In this document: in pieces, positions 1 to 9,504 of the stretch
Layout of the letters: every line of letters starts with the position of its first letter
Position numbering within the stretch: position 1 is the stretch's first letter
Origin: an uncultured Planctomycetota bacterium
GTDB taxonomy: Bacteria > Planctomycetota > Planctomycetia > Isosphaerales > Isosphaeraceae
Direction: 5' to 3'
NCBI GenBank assembly: GCA_963823665.1
Contig: CAWGMQ010000008.1
Span: forward strand, 1,312,001 to 1,376,000
DNA length: 64,000 bases
Position numbers and translations under genes: made by a program
Notes under the pieces: model-generated
What the model was told of the DNA's origin: nothing
Databases searched by the model: none
What the model saw: the letters and a program-made list of their open reading frames with translations, nothing else

Positions 1-2
1 CC

Positions 3-695
3 GAGAACCTGGTTGCCCAGCAGTTTGGCCTGCGGCGTGACGCGGCTGCGCTGGCCAGGATCATCGCGGAAGGGCAGCCGCGGCGGGTGGATGTGGGTGC
101 GGCCGAGGGCCGGCGGTTCTTGCTGATGGTCGGTTTCGGGTTCGACGGCGACGTGGTTTCGCGCCATCATCGCACACGGCTGTCGCGGCTTGGCAGGATC
201 CGGCCAACCAACCGTCTGGCGTACGTCTGGCCGGTGCTGCAGTCGAGCTTTTCCTACAAGTTTCCGACGATCAACGTCCGGATCGAGAATGACGGTGTTC
301 CGGAAGTTCTGAGCGGCACGACCGTGTTCATTTTCAACGCGCCCCGATATGCGCTTGGCCTTCCGTTTGTGCCGGGGGCGCGCGACGACGATGGCTGGCT
401 AGACGTACTCATCTTCCGCGATCCCGGGCCGTTCCAGGCACTCTACTATCTCTGGAGGGTATTCCGTGGAACGCATCTGACCATGCCAAGCGTCTTCCAT
501 CGCCGGGTCAAATCGGCGTTCGTGACGGCGGAGGAGACGGTGCCGGTGCAGATCGACGGCGATCCGGGGGGCCTGCTGCAGAAGGGTCCTGGAGCCGACG
601 GATCAGCCGCGGGCTGGACGGTGGAAATTGTGCCGCAGGCGATCGAGGTTTTTGCGCCGGGCGACCGGGGCGAGCATGACAGGGCGGGGTTTTGA
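3..695 (+). CDS. Diacylglycerol/lipid kinase family protein (YegS/BmrU-like), 5'-truncated by window edge
   Basis: Frame is open from position 3 (ENLVAQQFG, tail of the GTxN motif). Motifs include MDVG, GFGFDG, N-x-PRYA-x-G, DDGWLDV and QIDGD. Confidence 0.85.
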   Translation, partial: ENLVAQQFGLRRDAAALARIIAEGQPRRVDVGAAEGRRFLLMVGFGFDGDVVSRHHRTRLSRLGRIRPTNRLAYVWPVLQSSFSYKFPTINVRIENDGVPEVLSGTTVFIFNAPRYALGLPFVPGARDDDGWLDVLIFRDPGPFQALYYLWRVFRGTHLTMPSVFHRRVKSAFVTAEETVPVQIDGDPGGLLQKGPGADGSAAGWTVEIVPQAIEVFAPGDRGEHDRAGF

Positions 696-701
696 CTCCG
701 G

Positions 702-1487
702 TCATTGGCGCAGCCCGACGGCTCGCAGATGTTCGTCCAGCCAGACCGTTGGTTCGGGTGAGAGTGGCACGTCGGGGGGTTTGGAGTAATCGATGATAAA
801 GCGGAAGCGATTCTCCTCGTAGACGGTTGTCAAAGCCTTTTGAAGATCCATCGCGGCGTCATCGTCGCCTTGTAGCAGCGGTACCTGAATCTCAGGCAGC
901 GGTTGTTCCAGCGTGATTGGCCAGATCTCTGTCAGCAGTCGAAGCTCGACGCGGCACACGAAGACGAAATACGGAACGGACGGGAGAGTGCCTCGCATCG
1001 GTTCTCGGCGTCCCTTCTGGAGCAAGTCAATCTCGATTAGATGGGCATTGCTCCGCAGGATTCGATCACGCTCGTTGAGATACTCCTTGTATCCGTCTCC
1101 GCGCTTGTTGGTGGGCGAGAGGACCTCGATCACGGTAACGAGCTGGCGGTGTTCCACGTCGCGGATTTCGACTGTCGTGTGAGGTATTGGGGTGCGGACG
1201 ATTGTTGCCATTCGGAGCGGAGGCGAAATCGTACCAGCCGTGCTGTGGGCCGGGACGCCGGGCCCGGAATTGGAACTAGCCACGGCGACATCGGGATATA
1301 CTTCGCCGATGACGACTTCTGACTCTTCGGGAGTGTCCATGACGAATCGGCGTGTGGTCAAGGCGACGTAGCGGGGACTGAGCCGCTGGTTCAACTGTCG
1401 GGCGATCTCCACGACAAGCGGCGTGCGGACGCTCATCCATAATGATCCTTCCAGGTAGGGGTCCATCCCCGGGAACGGTGACGGCAT
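702..1487 (-). CDS. DUF4058 family protein (PD-(D/E)xK nuclease-like fold)
   Basis: Signature N-terminus MPSPFPGMDPYLE, plus YPDV, VIEVLSPTNK, HLIEIDLL and IDYSKPP. Confidence 0.9.
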   Translation of the reverse strand: MPSPFPGMDPYLEGSLWMSVRTPLVVEIARQLNQRLSPRYVALTTRRFVMDTPEESEVVIGEVYPDVAVASSNSGPGVPAHSTAGTISPPLRMATIVRTPIPHTTVEIRDVEHRQLVTVIEVLSPTNKRGDGYKEYLNERDRILRSNAHLIEIDLLQKGRREPMRGTLPSVPYFVFVCRVELRLLTEIWPITLEQPLPEIQVPLLQGDDDAAMDLQKALTTVYEENRFRFIIDYSKPPDVPLSPEPTVWLDEHLRAVGLRQ

Positions 1488-1654
1488 GACGACAGGTCCT
1501 CAATGACTCACACGCGCGGGGAGATTTGGTTCTGGCTGATGAACTATCATAACGTTGGACCTTCGCCGTCCGCAGCGCGATCAGCCACTTGCGGGCGGGG
1601 GGAGTCAGGCTAGAGCCTGACCTACACAATGCAGAATCGCTTTTGCGGGTGCAT

Positions 1655-2893
1655 TCAGTTAGCGAGCCCGTAGTGGCAGATGATCGTGGCTGTGGCCACG
1701 ACGGCCAGGACGAAGGTTGTCACCAGCGCGACCAGGGCTGCCGACAAAGCGATCCCGATTCGGTTCTCGTAGTACCAGCGCGAGACTCGGTGGGAGCGAG
1801 ATAGCGGGTTAACCGAGATCGCGGCGCCGGCGCGCCAGCGCTCAAGATCGGCCGCCAGTGCCGCTGCGGATCGGTATCTGAGGCTCGGCTCCTTCTCCAG
1901 GCACTTCAGGCAGATTGCTTCCAGGTCGTGATCGACCCGAGGGTTGTGCTCTCGGGGCGGGTCCGGATCAAGGAACGGTGGCTGTCCGGTCAAGAGCTTG
2001 TAGAGTACGGCTCCCAGGCCATAGACGTCGACGGCCACGGTCATCTCCCGCCGCCGGCCGGTGACTTGTTCGGGAGCCATGTAAGCGGGCGTCCCCATTG
2101 TCTGGCCGGTCCGGGTCAAGCCGCTCTCGGTCCCGACGCATTTGGCCAGGCCGAAGTCGGTCACGTGAGGTACACCGTGGGGATCCAGCAGGATGTTCGA
2201 GGGTTTCAGGTCGCAATGGAGGATTCCGTGCAGGTGTGCATAGTGAACAGTCCGGGCGACCTTGGCCACCAAACGAGCCGCTGCGCGTGGGTTCCTGAAG
2301 AGGCGCGGCAGGTGGCGCTCGAGGTCGCCGCAGGGAACCAGCTTGAAGACGAGATAAGGGCATCCGCCCCGCTCGCCGATTTCATAGAGCGGGACGATAT
2401 TGGGATGGTCAAGAGCAGCGACCAGCTTCGCTTCCATGCGGAGCCGGCTAACCAAGTCGTCGGAGGGGTGCACGACGCCGGGCTCGAGCGTCTTCAAGGC
2501 GACGACGCGCTCGAGCGTTTTGTGTCTGGCCTTGTAGACGATTCCCATCCCGCCGCTGGCGATCTCATTCAAGAGCTCGAATTCACCGAAGGCACGCGGT
2601 GCCAAGCGTTCGGCCACGAGGTTGCGGCACGGCTTGAGTGACATGGCGCGCGATTGCGTGCCAACTGGCCGACTCCACAGCTCCGCCCGGCGTTTGAGAC
2701 TGTCTTCGCTGGCGAAAAACGAAAGCAGGCCGTCGGTCAAGTCCCAGTAGCGCTCGAGAAACTCGCGGCGGTCGGGCGCCCGACCGGCGTGGGCGGCCTG
2801 GAGATACTCGGCGATGACCGCGTTCAAGCGGCGCTCGCGGGGGCAGGAACCTGAACCTTCCCTGGAAACGGGCCGAGCGGCGAGTGCACACAT
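1655..2893 (-). CDS. Ser/Thr protein kinase with C-terminal TM helix (ECF-associated)
   Basis: IASGGMGIVY, VALK, HCDLKPSN, DFG, GTPAYMAPE, DVYGLG and a hydrophobic C-terminus. The start is placed at the ATG at 2893, just after the sigma-factor stop; the longer ORF-track start overlaps the sigma gene. Confidence 0.85.
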   Translation of the reverse strand: MCALAARPVSREGSGSCPRERRLNAVIAEYLQAAHAGRAPDRREFLERYWDLTDGLLSFFASEDSLKRRAELWSRPVGTQSRAMSLKPCRNLVAERLAPRAFGEFELLNEIASGGMGIVYKARHKTLERVVALKTLEPGVVHPSDDLVSRLRMEAKLVAALDHPNIVPLYEIGERGGCPYLVFKLVPCGDLERHLPRLFRNPRAAARLVAKVARTVHYAHLHGILHCDLKPSNILLDPHGVPHVTDFGLAKCVGTESGLTRTGQTMGTPAYMAPEQVTGRRREMTVAVDVYGLGAVLYKLLTGQPPFLDPDPPREHNPRVDHDLEAICLKCLEKEPSLRYRSAAALAADLERWRAGAAISVNPLSRSHRVSRWYYENRIGIALSAALVALVTTFVLAVVATATIICHYGLAN

Positions 2894-2916
2894 GTCATGC
2901 TCCAGTGACGATGCTT

Positions 2917-3483
2917 TCAGCCATTGGATTTGAGCTCCGCGCGGAGGCTTTTCAAGCCGCGCTTCAGGAGCCCGGCTACTGCGTCGGTGGTGCGATCGAG
3001 ATGCGCGGCGATCTCGGCCAACGAACAATCTTGCCAGTAGTGCAAGACCAAGGCCTGGCGCTGCGAATCCGGAAGCCGGGCCAAGGCGTTGGCGACGAGG
3101 ACGGCCTGCTCGTGCCGCGCGGCTTGCTGGCTGGGAGTTGACTGCTCGGCGGCCAGCCATGCTCCCAGGCGGGCCGACGAAGCCTCGAAATCGGCTTCGA
3201 GGGATCGCTCACGGGTGATGTCGCGTTTCTGCCGGCCCTGGGCCCGGATCGCGTCGGCGACGTTGCGGGCCAGGATCGCCCGCAGCCACGCGCCGCGCGC
3301 TGCATCGCCCGTGCCTCGAAACTGGTCGCGCTGGCGATAGGCTTCCAGCAGTGTCTGCTGGACGAGATCCGATGGATCGAGCCAGCCCTTCCACCGCGGA
3401 CCCAGTTGCATGCGCGTGAGCAGCCGCAGGTAATCGCGGAACTCTTCCAGACGCGGGGCATCGGGGAATTCATGCGTTGTCAT
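2917..3483 (-). CDS. ECF sigma-70 factor, planctomycete type (TIGR02984-like)
   Basis: Region 2 LEEFRDYLRLL...DPSDLVQQT...WLRAIL. Region 4 LARLPDSQRQALVLHYW...SLAEIA...AVAGLLKRG. Confidence 0.9.
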   Translation of the reverse strand: MTTHEFPDAPRLEEFRDYLRLLTRMQLGPRWKGWLDPSDLVQQTLLEAYRQRDQFRGTGDAARGAWLRAILARNVADAIRAQGRQKRDITRERSLEADFEASSARLGAWLAAEQSTPSQQAARHEQAVLVANALARLPDSQRQALVLHYWQDCSLAEIAAHLDRTTDAVAGLLKRGLKSLRAELKSNG

Positions 3484-3606
3484 CGGGACTCTTGAGCGAT
3501 CATAATGCTGCGGAGTCAGCGCGGACCACATACCCTTCAGGACTTGCTCGGTCGATTATCACTTCGGCCCGGTTCTGGCTCAAGACCCTGACAGACGAGA
3601 CAAAGA

Positions 3607-4455
3607 ATGCCTCCTCCCAATCCAGTGAAAATCGGGCGTCTCGAGGTTGGGCGCGAACGGCCGCTGGCGCTGATTGCGGGGCCGTGCGTCATGGAACCGG
3701 GCGACATGACCATGCGCATCGCGGATCGGCTGGTTGAAATCTGCGAGGATCTTTCGGTGCCGCTGGTTTTCAAGGCATCGTTCGACAAGGCCAACCGCAC
3801 GTCGCGAACGAGCTTTCGCGGGCCCGGGCTCGAGCAGGGGATGAGAATCTTCGAAGATGTCAAGGCCGAGACGGGGTTGCCGGTTACCACCGACCTCCAC
3901 GAAACGGGCCAGGCCCAGGCGATCGGGCAGGTCGTGGATCTGATTCAAATTCCCGCTTTTCTCGCCCGCCAGACCGACCTGCTGGAAGCCGCGGCGGCGA
4001 CAGGTCGACCCGTCAATGTCAAGAAGGGCCAGTTCATGGCTCCATGGGACATGAGCAACGTCGTCAACAAGCTGATGGAATCGGGAGCCGCAGGCGTGCT
4101 GCTCACCGAGCGCGGCACCACATTCGGCTACGGGCGGCTGGTCAACGACTTTCGCGCCATTCCACAAATGCAGGCCACCGGTGCGCCGGTCGTATTCGAT
4201 GCAACCCACTCGGTGCAGCTTCCCAGCGCCGGAGAAGGCGGGACCGTCTCGTCCGGCCAACGCGAGATGATTCCCACCCTGGCCCGTGCCGCGGTTGCCG
4301 CCGGCTGCGACGCCCTGTTCCTCGAAGTGCACCCGGACCCGGACCACGCGCTGTCGGACGGACCTAACTCCCTTCATATCAATGATTTGCAAGACTTGCT
4401 ACGCCTTTGCCTGCGCATTCGCGAAGCGATTTCGGCTCCTCTGGAGGCGGACTGA
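3607..4455 (+). CDS. kdsA: 3-deoxy-8-phosphooctulonate (KDO8P) synthase
   Basis: [50 protein letters not shown] and EVHPDP...SDG. Confidence 0.97.
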   Translation: MPPPNPVKIGRLEVGRERPLALIAGPCVMEPGDMTMRIADRLVEICEDLSVPLVFKASFDKANRTSRTSFRGPGLEQGMRIFEDVKAETGLPVTTDLHETGQAQAIGQVVDLIQIPAFLARQTDLLEAAAATGRPVNVKKGQFMAPWDMSNVVNKLMESGAAGVLLTERGTTFGYGRLVNDFRAIPQMQATGAPVVFDATHSVQLPSAGEGGTVSSGQREMIPTLARAAVAAGCDALFLEVHPDPDHALSDGPNSLHINDLQDLLRLCLRIREAISAPLEAD

Positions 4456-4744
4456 TCGTGGATGACCTGGCCGAGGACCGGATGGGTCGCCGGGCACAGC
4501 CGGCTCGTCGATACGAACTTTGCGGGTTGCCTGAGCGTATGAAAAGTGAGCCTGGCTGGCAAACGGTCTCGCCGTGCGCGAATTCATGCCTCACAATAGA
4601 CGAGAGAACATCCGCCTCCGACGCGAGTGCTCCCTTCGTGGAAGGGGTATCGGCCGGTCTTTCATTTCCGGCTCCGTTCGATGATCGCCAGGACCGTGCC
4701 GCAGTGCCCGATGGGCTCTGGGTTCACCACAGGAGAATAGCCGC

Positions 4745-6574
4745 TTGAGCCGTCGCACAATACACTGGGCAGGGTTTGGGGCCGCGATCTGTCTGGTGGC
4801 AACCACGATTCGCTGCAACTACTCGAAGCCCGAATCGGATGAGCCTATCGAGAGTATGCCGCCCGTGAGCTCTCTTCCGGCGCCACCGGGCGCGGCGAGC
4901 GCGAAAGCCGAGGCCGGGAACGTTGGGCGAAGACGTGATGATGAAACACGCAAGGCGCTGCTCGACAGTGCGATGACGTTGATTCAGCGTGCCGCGCTGC
5001 AGCCCGGCGGGGACAACTTCCGGCTGGCCGTTCAGAAGTTGAACCAGTACTTCGAGGGAACGAGGCAATCTGAGTACGCGCTTGAATCAGCGGCTCGCGA
5101 GTATTTGAAGACTCAGCTTCCGGCGGCAGTCGTTGAGAGTTTCAGCAATCGGAACTGGTCGGATAAGCACGATACGCGGCACATCGAAGACTGCATGATG
5201 TATTACCCGATCGCGAAGCGGGTTGCGGGCACGGGTGAGAATCTGGCCCGGGTGCGCCGGGTCTTTCAGTGGGTCGTTGAGCAGATTCAGCTTGTCCCGC
5301 CGGGTTCGCTGGCATTCGAGGGGCTACCCCAGGCGGTTGCGCGTCCGTACGACGTGCTGGTGCGCGGGATGGCGACGGAAGCCCAGGGAGTTTGGGCCGA
5401 GCGTTCCTGGCTGTTCATGGCGCTTTGCCGCCAGCTCGAGATCGACGCGGGCCTGATCACCTACAGTCACAGCCGATCGCTCGAGCCGCGGTTTCCGAGA
5501 TATGGGCTGGAATTCGAGCTGGAACCCGGGTTGCGTGGAATGCGGTTCGGGCCGAAGCCGCCGGTGGTCTGGATCTGCGCGGCGATCATCGACAACAAGG
5601 CGTATCTGTTCGACGCCCGGCTGGGACTCGAGATCCCGGGGCCCGACGGCACAGGGGTGGCGACACTCGACGACGCGCTCGCCGACGAGTCGGTTCTGGA
5701 ACGGATGAATTTGCCCGGGCAATCACCGTACGGAACGAGCCGCGCATCGCTGCTGGGCAGCCCGACCAAAATCGGGATCCTGATCGACTCGAGCCCGGGG
5801 TATTTTTCACCGAAGATGAAGCTGCTGCAGCGCGAGCTCACGGGCGAGCACCGGACGATTCTGTTTCGCGATCCGGCCGATGAGCGCGAGCAGTTCGCCC
5901 AGGCGATCGGCGAGCGATGTGGAGAAATCAAGCTGTGGAGCCTGCCAATCGAGGTGTACGGCCTCTTGTTCAGCGACGGGCAATTCGTGAGATCCGTCCA
6001 GAAATCAATGTATTTATTTACGCGCGAGTATCCACTGATTTATGCGAGGGTGAAGCACTTGCGCGGCGAGCTGGACGAAGCCGTCAAGGAGTATGTGGCG
6101 CTGCGATTCGCCGAGAACGCGCCGCTGCTGACGGACAAGAACAAGACGATCTCGGCGGATATTCAGGAGGGGCTGGACGCCTACGCCACGTATTACATGG
6201 CGCTTGCGCAACTGGAGAAGGCGCGGCTGGCGAACAAGCCGCCGGAGCGTGCGGCGAAGTTATTTCGAGACACGCTCGATCTGGTGCCGGAGCCTGGAAT
6301 CACGTACTACTTTCCGATGCTGCGCTGGGGGGCCAACGCGAACCTCGGGCGGATTTATGACGCGAGCAAGGACAACGCCCGCGCGATTGCGTATTACGCC
6401 CAGGTCGACCCGACGAGTCAGGGCCACGGCAATCTGCTTCGTGCTCGCGAAATGATCTGGCGCGATCCGATCGCCGGTAAGACGGTCGTGCTTCCGGCTG
6501 CTCCGGCGGCGAGGCCGATCGCACCCTCGCCGGCGACGCCCCCCCGAAACCTGGGACTCCGCGGCGACAATTGA
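4745..6574 (+). CDS. Exported/membrane-anchored protein with transglutaminase-like core and C-terminal TPR-like helices
   Basis: N-terminal hydrophobic segment, RRVFQWVVEQI...ERSWLFMALCRQLEIDAG...YLFD, and C-terminal NLGRIY...AIAYY. Confidence 0.6.
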   Translation: MSRRTIHWAGFGAAICLVATTIRCNYSKPESDEPIESMPPVSSLPAPPGAASAKAEAGNVGRRRDDETRKALLDSAMTLIQRAALQPGGDNFRLAVQKLNQYFEGTRQSEYALESAAREYLKTQLPAAVVESFSNRNWSDKHDTRHIEDCMMYYPIAKRVAGTGENLARVRRVFQWVVEQIQLVPPGSLAFEGLPQAVARPYDVLVRGMATEAQGVWAERSWLFMALCRQLEIDAGLITYSHSRSLEPRFPRYGLEFELEPGLRGMRFGPKPPVVWICAAIIDNKAYLFDARLGLEIPGPDGTGVATLDDALADESVLERMNLPGQSPYGTSRASLLGSPTKIGILIDSSPGYFSPKMKLLQRELTGEHRTILFRDPADEREQFAQAIGERCGEIKLWSLPIEVYGLLFSDGQFVRSVQKSMYLFTREYPLIYARVKHLRGELDEAVKEYVALRFAENAPLLTDKNKTISADIQEGLDAYATYYMALAQLEKARLANKPPERAAKLFRDTLDLVPEPGITYYFPMLRWGANANLGRIYDASKDNARAIAYYAQVDPTSQGHGNLLRAREMIWRDPIAGKTVVLPAAPAARPIAPSPATPPRNLGLRGDN

Positions 6575-6612
6575 TGCAGTCTTCCGCTTGAGAAGCCCTG
6601 GATGGAGCCGGC

Positions 6613-7770
6613 ATGCGGATCTTGCTCGCCAATTCGTTTCCGATCCCCGGTGAGTACGACGGCACGGCGATGCTGCCGATCAAGATCCTGCGGGCGCTCA
6701 AGCCGCGGGGCGTGGAGGTGGTGGTGGCGCATCTGCGTGCTCGGCCGCCGTGGGGACTCAAGGTTCAGCGCGGGGAGTTTGAAGAGACGCCGGTTTACAC
6801 CGTGCCGCCCTGCGGGTGGCTGGGCGGCTGGGGGCTCAAGACAATCGCCCGCGAGCATCCGTTCGAGCTGGTGCACGCCCAGCATTACGGCGGAGCCACC
6901 CGGGCGTCGTTTGCGTGCCTGCGGTATCGATGGCCGATGGTCTACGAGATTCACTCGCTGCTGGGCGACGAGCTGGAGCGAGACCGGCTGGGGCGCGGAT
7001 TGACGTTCCGGGCCTATCAGGCGCTCGAGCGAAGGGTGCTTCGGCACGCAGCCGAGGTGATCGCGCTGGGGGAGCCAGTCAAAGACGTGGTCGTGAATGA
7101 AAAAGGCGTGCCGGAAGATCGAGTGCACGTGATTTACCCGGGGATTGACCTGGCCGAGTATGAGGACCCGGGTGAGGCGGCCGAGATTCCGGGCGTCACT
7201 GCGGCGGACAAGGTGATCATGTACGTCGGCAGCATCGTGCATCCGAACCAGGGGGTGCCGCTCTTGATCGACGCGCTGCCGCGGGTTTTCGCGGCGGTGC
7301 CCGAGTCGCGCTGTGTGCTGGTTGGCGGACCTGCGGAAGCTGCGGCCGAGTACCGCGCCCGGCTGGGCTCGGACGCATCGAAGCTTGTTGTCCTGGCTGG
7401 TCAAACGCCGTCGCAGGTGGTTGCACTCACGCGGCGTGCGGACGTGCTGGTGCATTCCCGGCTGGCGTGCCGGGAGAACTATTCGGTGCAGAGCAAGCTG
7501 GCCGTTTACCTGGCCGCGGGGCGGCCGATCGTGGCGACGGATTTCGGCGATTACAAGAAGCTGTTGGGGGCGACGGGGGCAGGGCTTCTGGCGGCGGTGG
7601 CGCCCGAGCCTTTGGCGGATGCGATCGTCACGGTGCTGGGCGACCCGGCGCTGGCCGCACGCCTGGCTGCGGCGACCGGTGCGGTGGCTCGCGAGTATTT
7701 CGCGATGGACCGGAACATCGACCGATACCTTGATGTTTACTATCGGGCGCTGGTGGCGGGGCCGAGGTAG
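6613..7770 (+). CDS. Glycosyltransferase family 4 (GT-B)
   Basis: MRILL start, ELVHAQH, VHVIYPGID, MYVGS, ADVLV and SKLAVYLAAGRPIVATD. Confidence 0.9.
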   Translation: MRILLANSFPIPGEYDGTAMLPIKILRALKPRGVEVVVAHLRARPPWGLKVQRGEFEETPVYTVPPCGWLGGWGLKTIAREHPFELVHAQHYGGATRASFACLRYRWPMVYEIHSLLGDELERDRLGRGLTFRAYQALERRVLRHAAEVIALGEPVKDVVVNEKGVPEDRVHVIYPGIDLAEYEDPGEAAEIPGVTAADKVIMYVGSIVHPNQGVPLLIDALPRVFAAVPESRCVLVGGPAEAAAEYRARLGSDASKLVVLAGQTPSQVVALTRRADVLVHSRLACRENYSVQSKLAVYLAAGRPIVATDFGDYKKLLGATGAGLLAAVAPEPLADAIVTVLGDPALAARLAAATGAVAREYFAMDRNIDRYLDVYYRALVAGPR

Positions 7771-7784
7771 GTAGGGCCTCGACG

Positions 7785-7813
7785 TTGACAGCAAGGATGC
7801 GTGGCTTTAGTGT
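7785..7813 (+). promoter_or_regulatory. Sigma70-type promoter of tRNA-Thr
   Basis: Perfect TTGACA at 7785-7790, a 17-bp spacer, and TAGTGT at 7808-7813, 33 bp upstream of the tRNA. Confidence 0.75.
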
Positions 7814-7846
7814 AAATGCGGCGGATCCGGAGCACGCGCGCAGTGT

Positions 7847-7919
7847 GCCACCTTAGCTCAGTTGGTAGAGCACAGCTTTCGTAAAGCTGGGGTCCTGGGT
7901 TCGAGTCCCAGAGGTGGCT
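7847..7919 (+). tRNA. tRNA-Thr(CGT)
   Basis: Full cloverleaf: acceptor GCCACCT/AGGTGGC, D arm GCTC/GAGC, anticodon arm CAGCT-TTCGTAA-AGCTG, T arm CTGGG-TTCGAGT-CCCAG. CCA is not encoded. Confidence 0.97.
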
Positions 7920-7970
7920 TCTGTCTTCCTTGAGGAGAGCACCTTGATCAGTGGCCGATTCTTGCAGTCG

Positions 7971-9410
7971 ATGTTGGCAACCTGGTCGCGGGGGGTTCGG
8001 CGTGGAGTGACGACGGGGGCCCAGCGGCGCCGGCGTCGGCCCGGCGTCGAGCGGATGGAGTGGCGGGCGCTGCTCTCGACCATCACCCAGATCCCCGTCC
8101 CGACCCCCGATGCCCAACCCGAATCGATTGTGGTCGGTCCCGACGGCAATCTCTGGTTCACCGAAACTTCAAGCCCGTCGGCCGACAGCCCGTATGGCGA
8201 CAAGATCGGCATGATCAACCCCACGACCCACGCCGTCACGGAATTCACCGTGCCGACGCAGGGCGGCGAACCTTTCGGGATCACGGCGGGGCCCGATGGC
8301 AACATCTGGTTCACCGAGGAACGGGGCGACAAGATCGGCATGATCAACCCCGCGACCGATGCCATCTCGGAATTCGCCGTGCCGACGCCCAACGCACTGC
8401 CCGCCCGGATCGCGGTCGGCCCGGACGGCAACCTCTGGTTCACCGAGATGGGGGCGAAACAGATCGGGATGATCAACCCCGCGACTGACGCCATCAGCGA
8501 GTTCTCCGTCCCGTTCGAGCCGTTCGCGATCACAGCCGGCCCCGACGGCAACCTCTGGTTCACCGACGCCGGCTACGTGCAAACGGTCGGTCCCGACGGC
8601 ATGCTCATGATGACCCCTGACCAGGGCAATCTGATCGGGATGTTCAACCCCACGACCCACGCCGTCTCGGAGTTCGCCGTACCGACGCTGGACCCCCTGT
8701 TCGGGGCGATCACGACGGGCCCCGACGGCAACCTCTGGTTCACCGAGGCGGATGGGAACAAGATCGGCTCGATCAACCCCACGACCTATGACATCGTCGA
8801 AACGGAGCTGCCGACGCCAAACTCCGTGCCCATCGACATCACGACGGGCCCCGACGGCAACCTCTGGTTCACCGAGCAGGGCATCGGCCAGATCGGGACG
8901 ATCAACCCCGTGACGCGGAGCATCACCGAGACCGACATCCCTGGTTTCATCGTCCGCGGGATCACGACGGGCCCTGACGGGAATCTCTGGTTCACCGAGG
9001 CGTCCGCCGACGAGATCGGCGTCCTGACGCCGCCGCCCAGCCTTCCCTCGCTCGTCACCGAGAAGGCGATCGTCGCCGGCAAGGGGCCAAACCGGCACAT
9101 CGTCGGCTTCGAACTCGACTACAGCGGGGCGGTGGACCCGACCCAGGGAGTAAGCGCCGCCAGCTACACGGTGACGCAATTCCGGCGTCATGGACGACAG
9201 CTCGTCGCCCAGCCGGTTCGCTTCCGGGCGACGTATGACGCCACGGCCCACAGCGTGACGCTGACCCTGTCCGGACGGCCGAAGTTCGCGCAGGGTGGCC
9301 GGCTGGAAGTGACGGCCGGTCCGCCGGGAGCGACCACCGACGCCACGAGCGCGACGAGCGACGACCGGACCTTCGCCATCACGCCGAGATGGTCCGTCGT
9401 CGTACGATAA
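7971..9410 (+). CDS. Exported Vgb-like (virginiamycin B lyase fold) 7-bladed beta-propeller with basic C-terminal Ig-like domain
   Basis: N-terminal RRRRRPGVERMEWRALLS export motif and seven GPDGN(L/I)WFT repeats. The C-terminal domain is shared with the giant protein at 36824-43634. Confidence 0.85.
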   Translation: MLATWSRGVRRGVTTGAQRRRRRPGVERMEWRALLSTITQIPVPTPDAQPESIVVGPDGNLWFTETSSPSADSPYGDKIGMINPTTHAVTEFTVPTQGGEPFGITAGPDGNIWFTEERGDKIGMINPATDAISEFAVPTPNALPARIAVGPDGNLWFTEMGAKQIGMINPATDAISEFSVPFEPFAITAGPDGNLWFTDAGYVQTVGPDGMLMMTPDQGNLIGMFNPTTHAVSEFAVPTLDPLFGAITTGPDGNLWFTEADGNKIGSINPTTYDIVETELPTPNSVPIDITTGPDGNLWFTEQGIGQIGTINPVTRSITETDIPGFIVRGITTGPDGNLWFTEASADEIGVLTPPPSLPSLVTEKAIVAGKGPNRHIVGFELDYSGAVDPTQGVSAASYTVTQFRRHGRQLVAQPVRFRATYDATAHSVTLTLSGRPKFAQGGRLEVTAGPPGATTDATSATSDDRTFAITPRWSVVVR

Positions 9411-9433
9411 ACCTAAGACATTGGCGCACAACA

Positions 9434-9497
9434 GCGGAAAATGCTCGGACAGCTTTCGTAAAGCTGGGGTCCTGGGTTCGAGTCTCAGAGGTGGCTT
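9434..9497 (+). repeat. attR-like duplicate of tRNA-Thr 3' part, copy 2
   Basis: 9449-9497 matches 7872-7920 at 48/49 positions and is preceded by the non-tRNA motif GCGGAAAATGCT (9434-9445). Confidence 0.92.
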
Positions 9498-9504
9498 GAT
9501 CTGG

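Noticed and set aside
7971..9410. Streptogramin resistance gene vgb
   Set aside because: Only the propeller repeat is shared. The export motif and extra domain argue against it, and catalytic residues are not verified.
9434..9497. Second and third complete tRNA genes (also 12007-12070)
   Set aside because: Both lack the 5' acceptor strand and D arm, so they are fragments rather than tRNAs.
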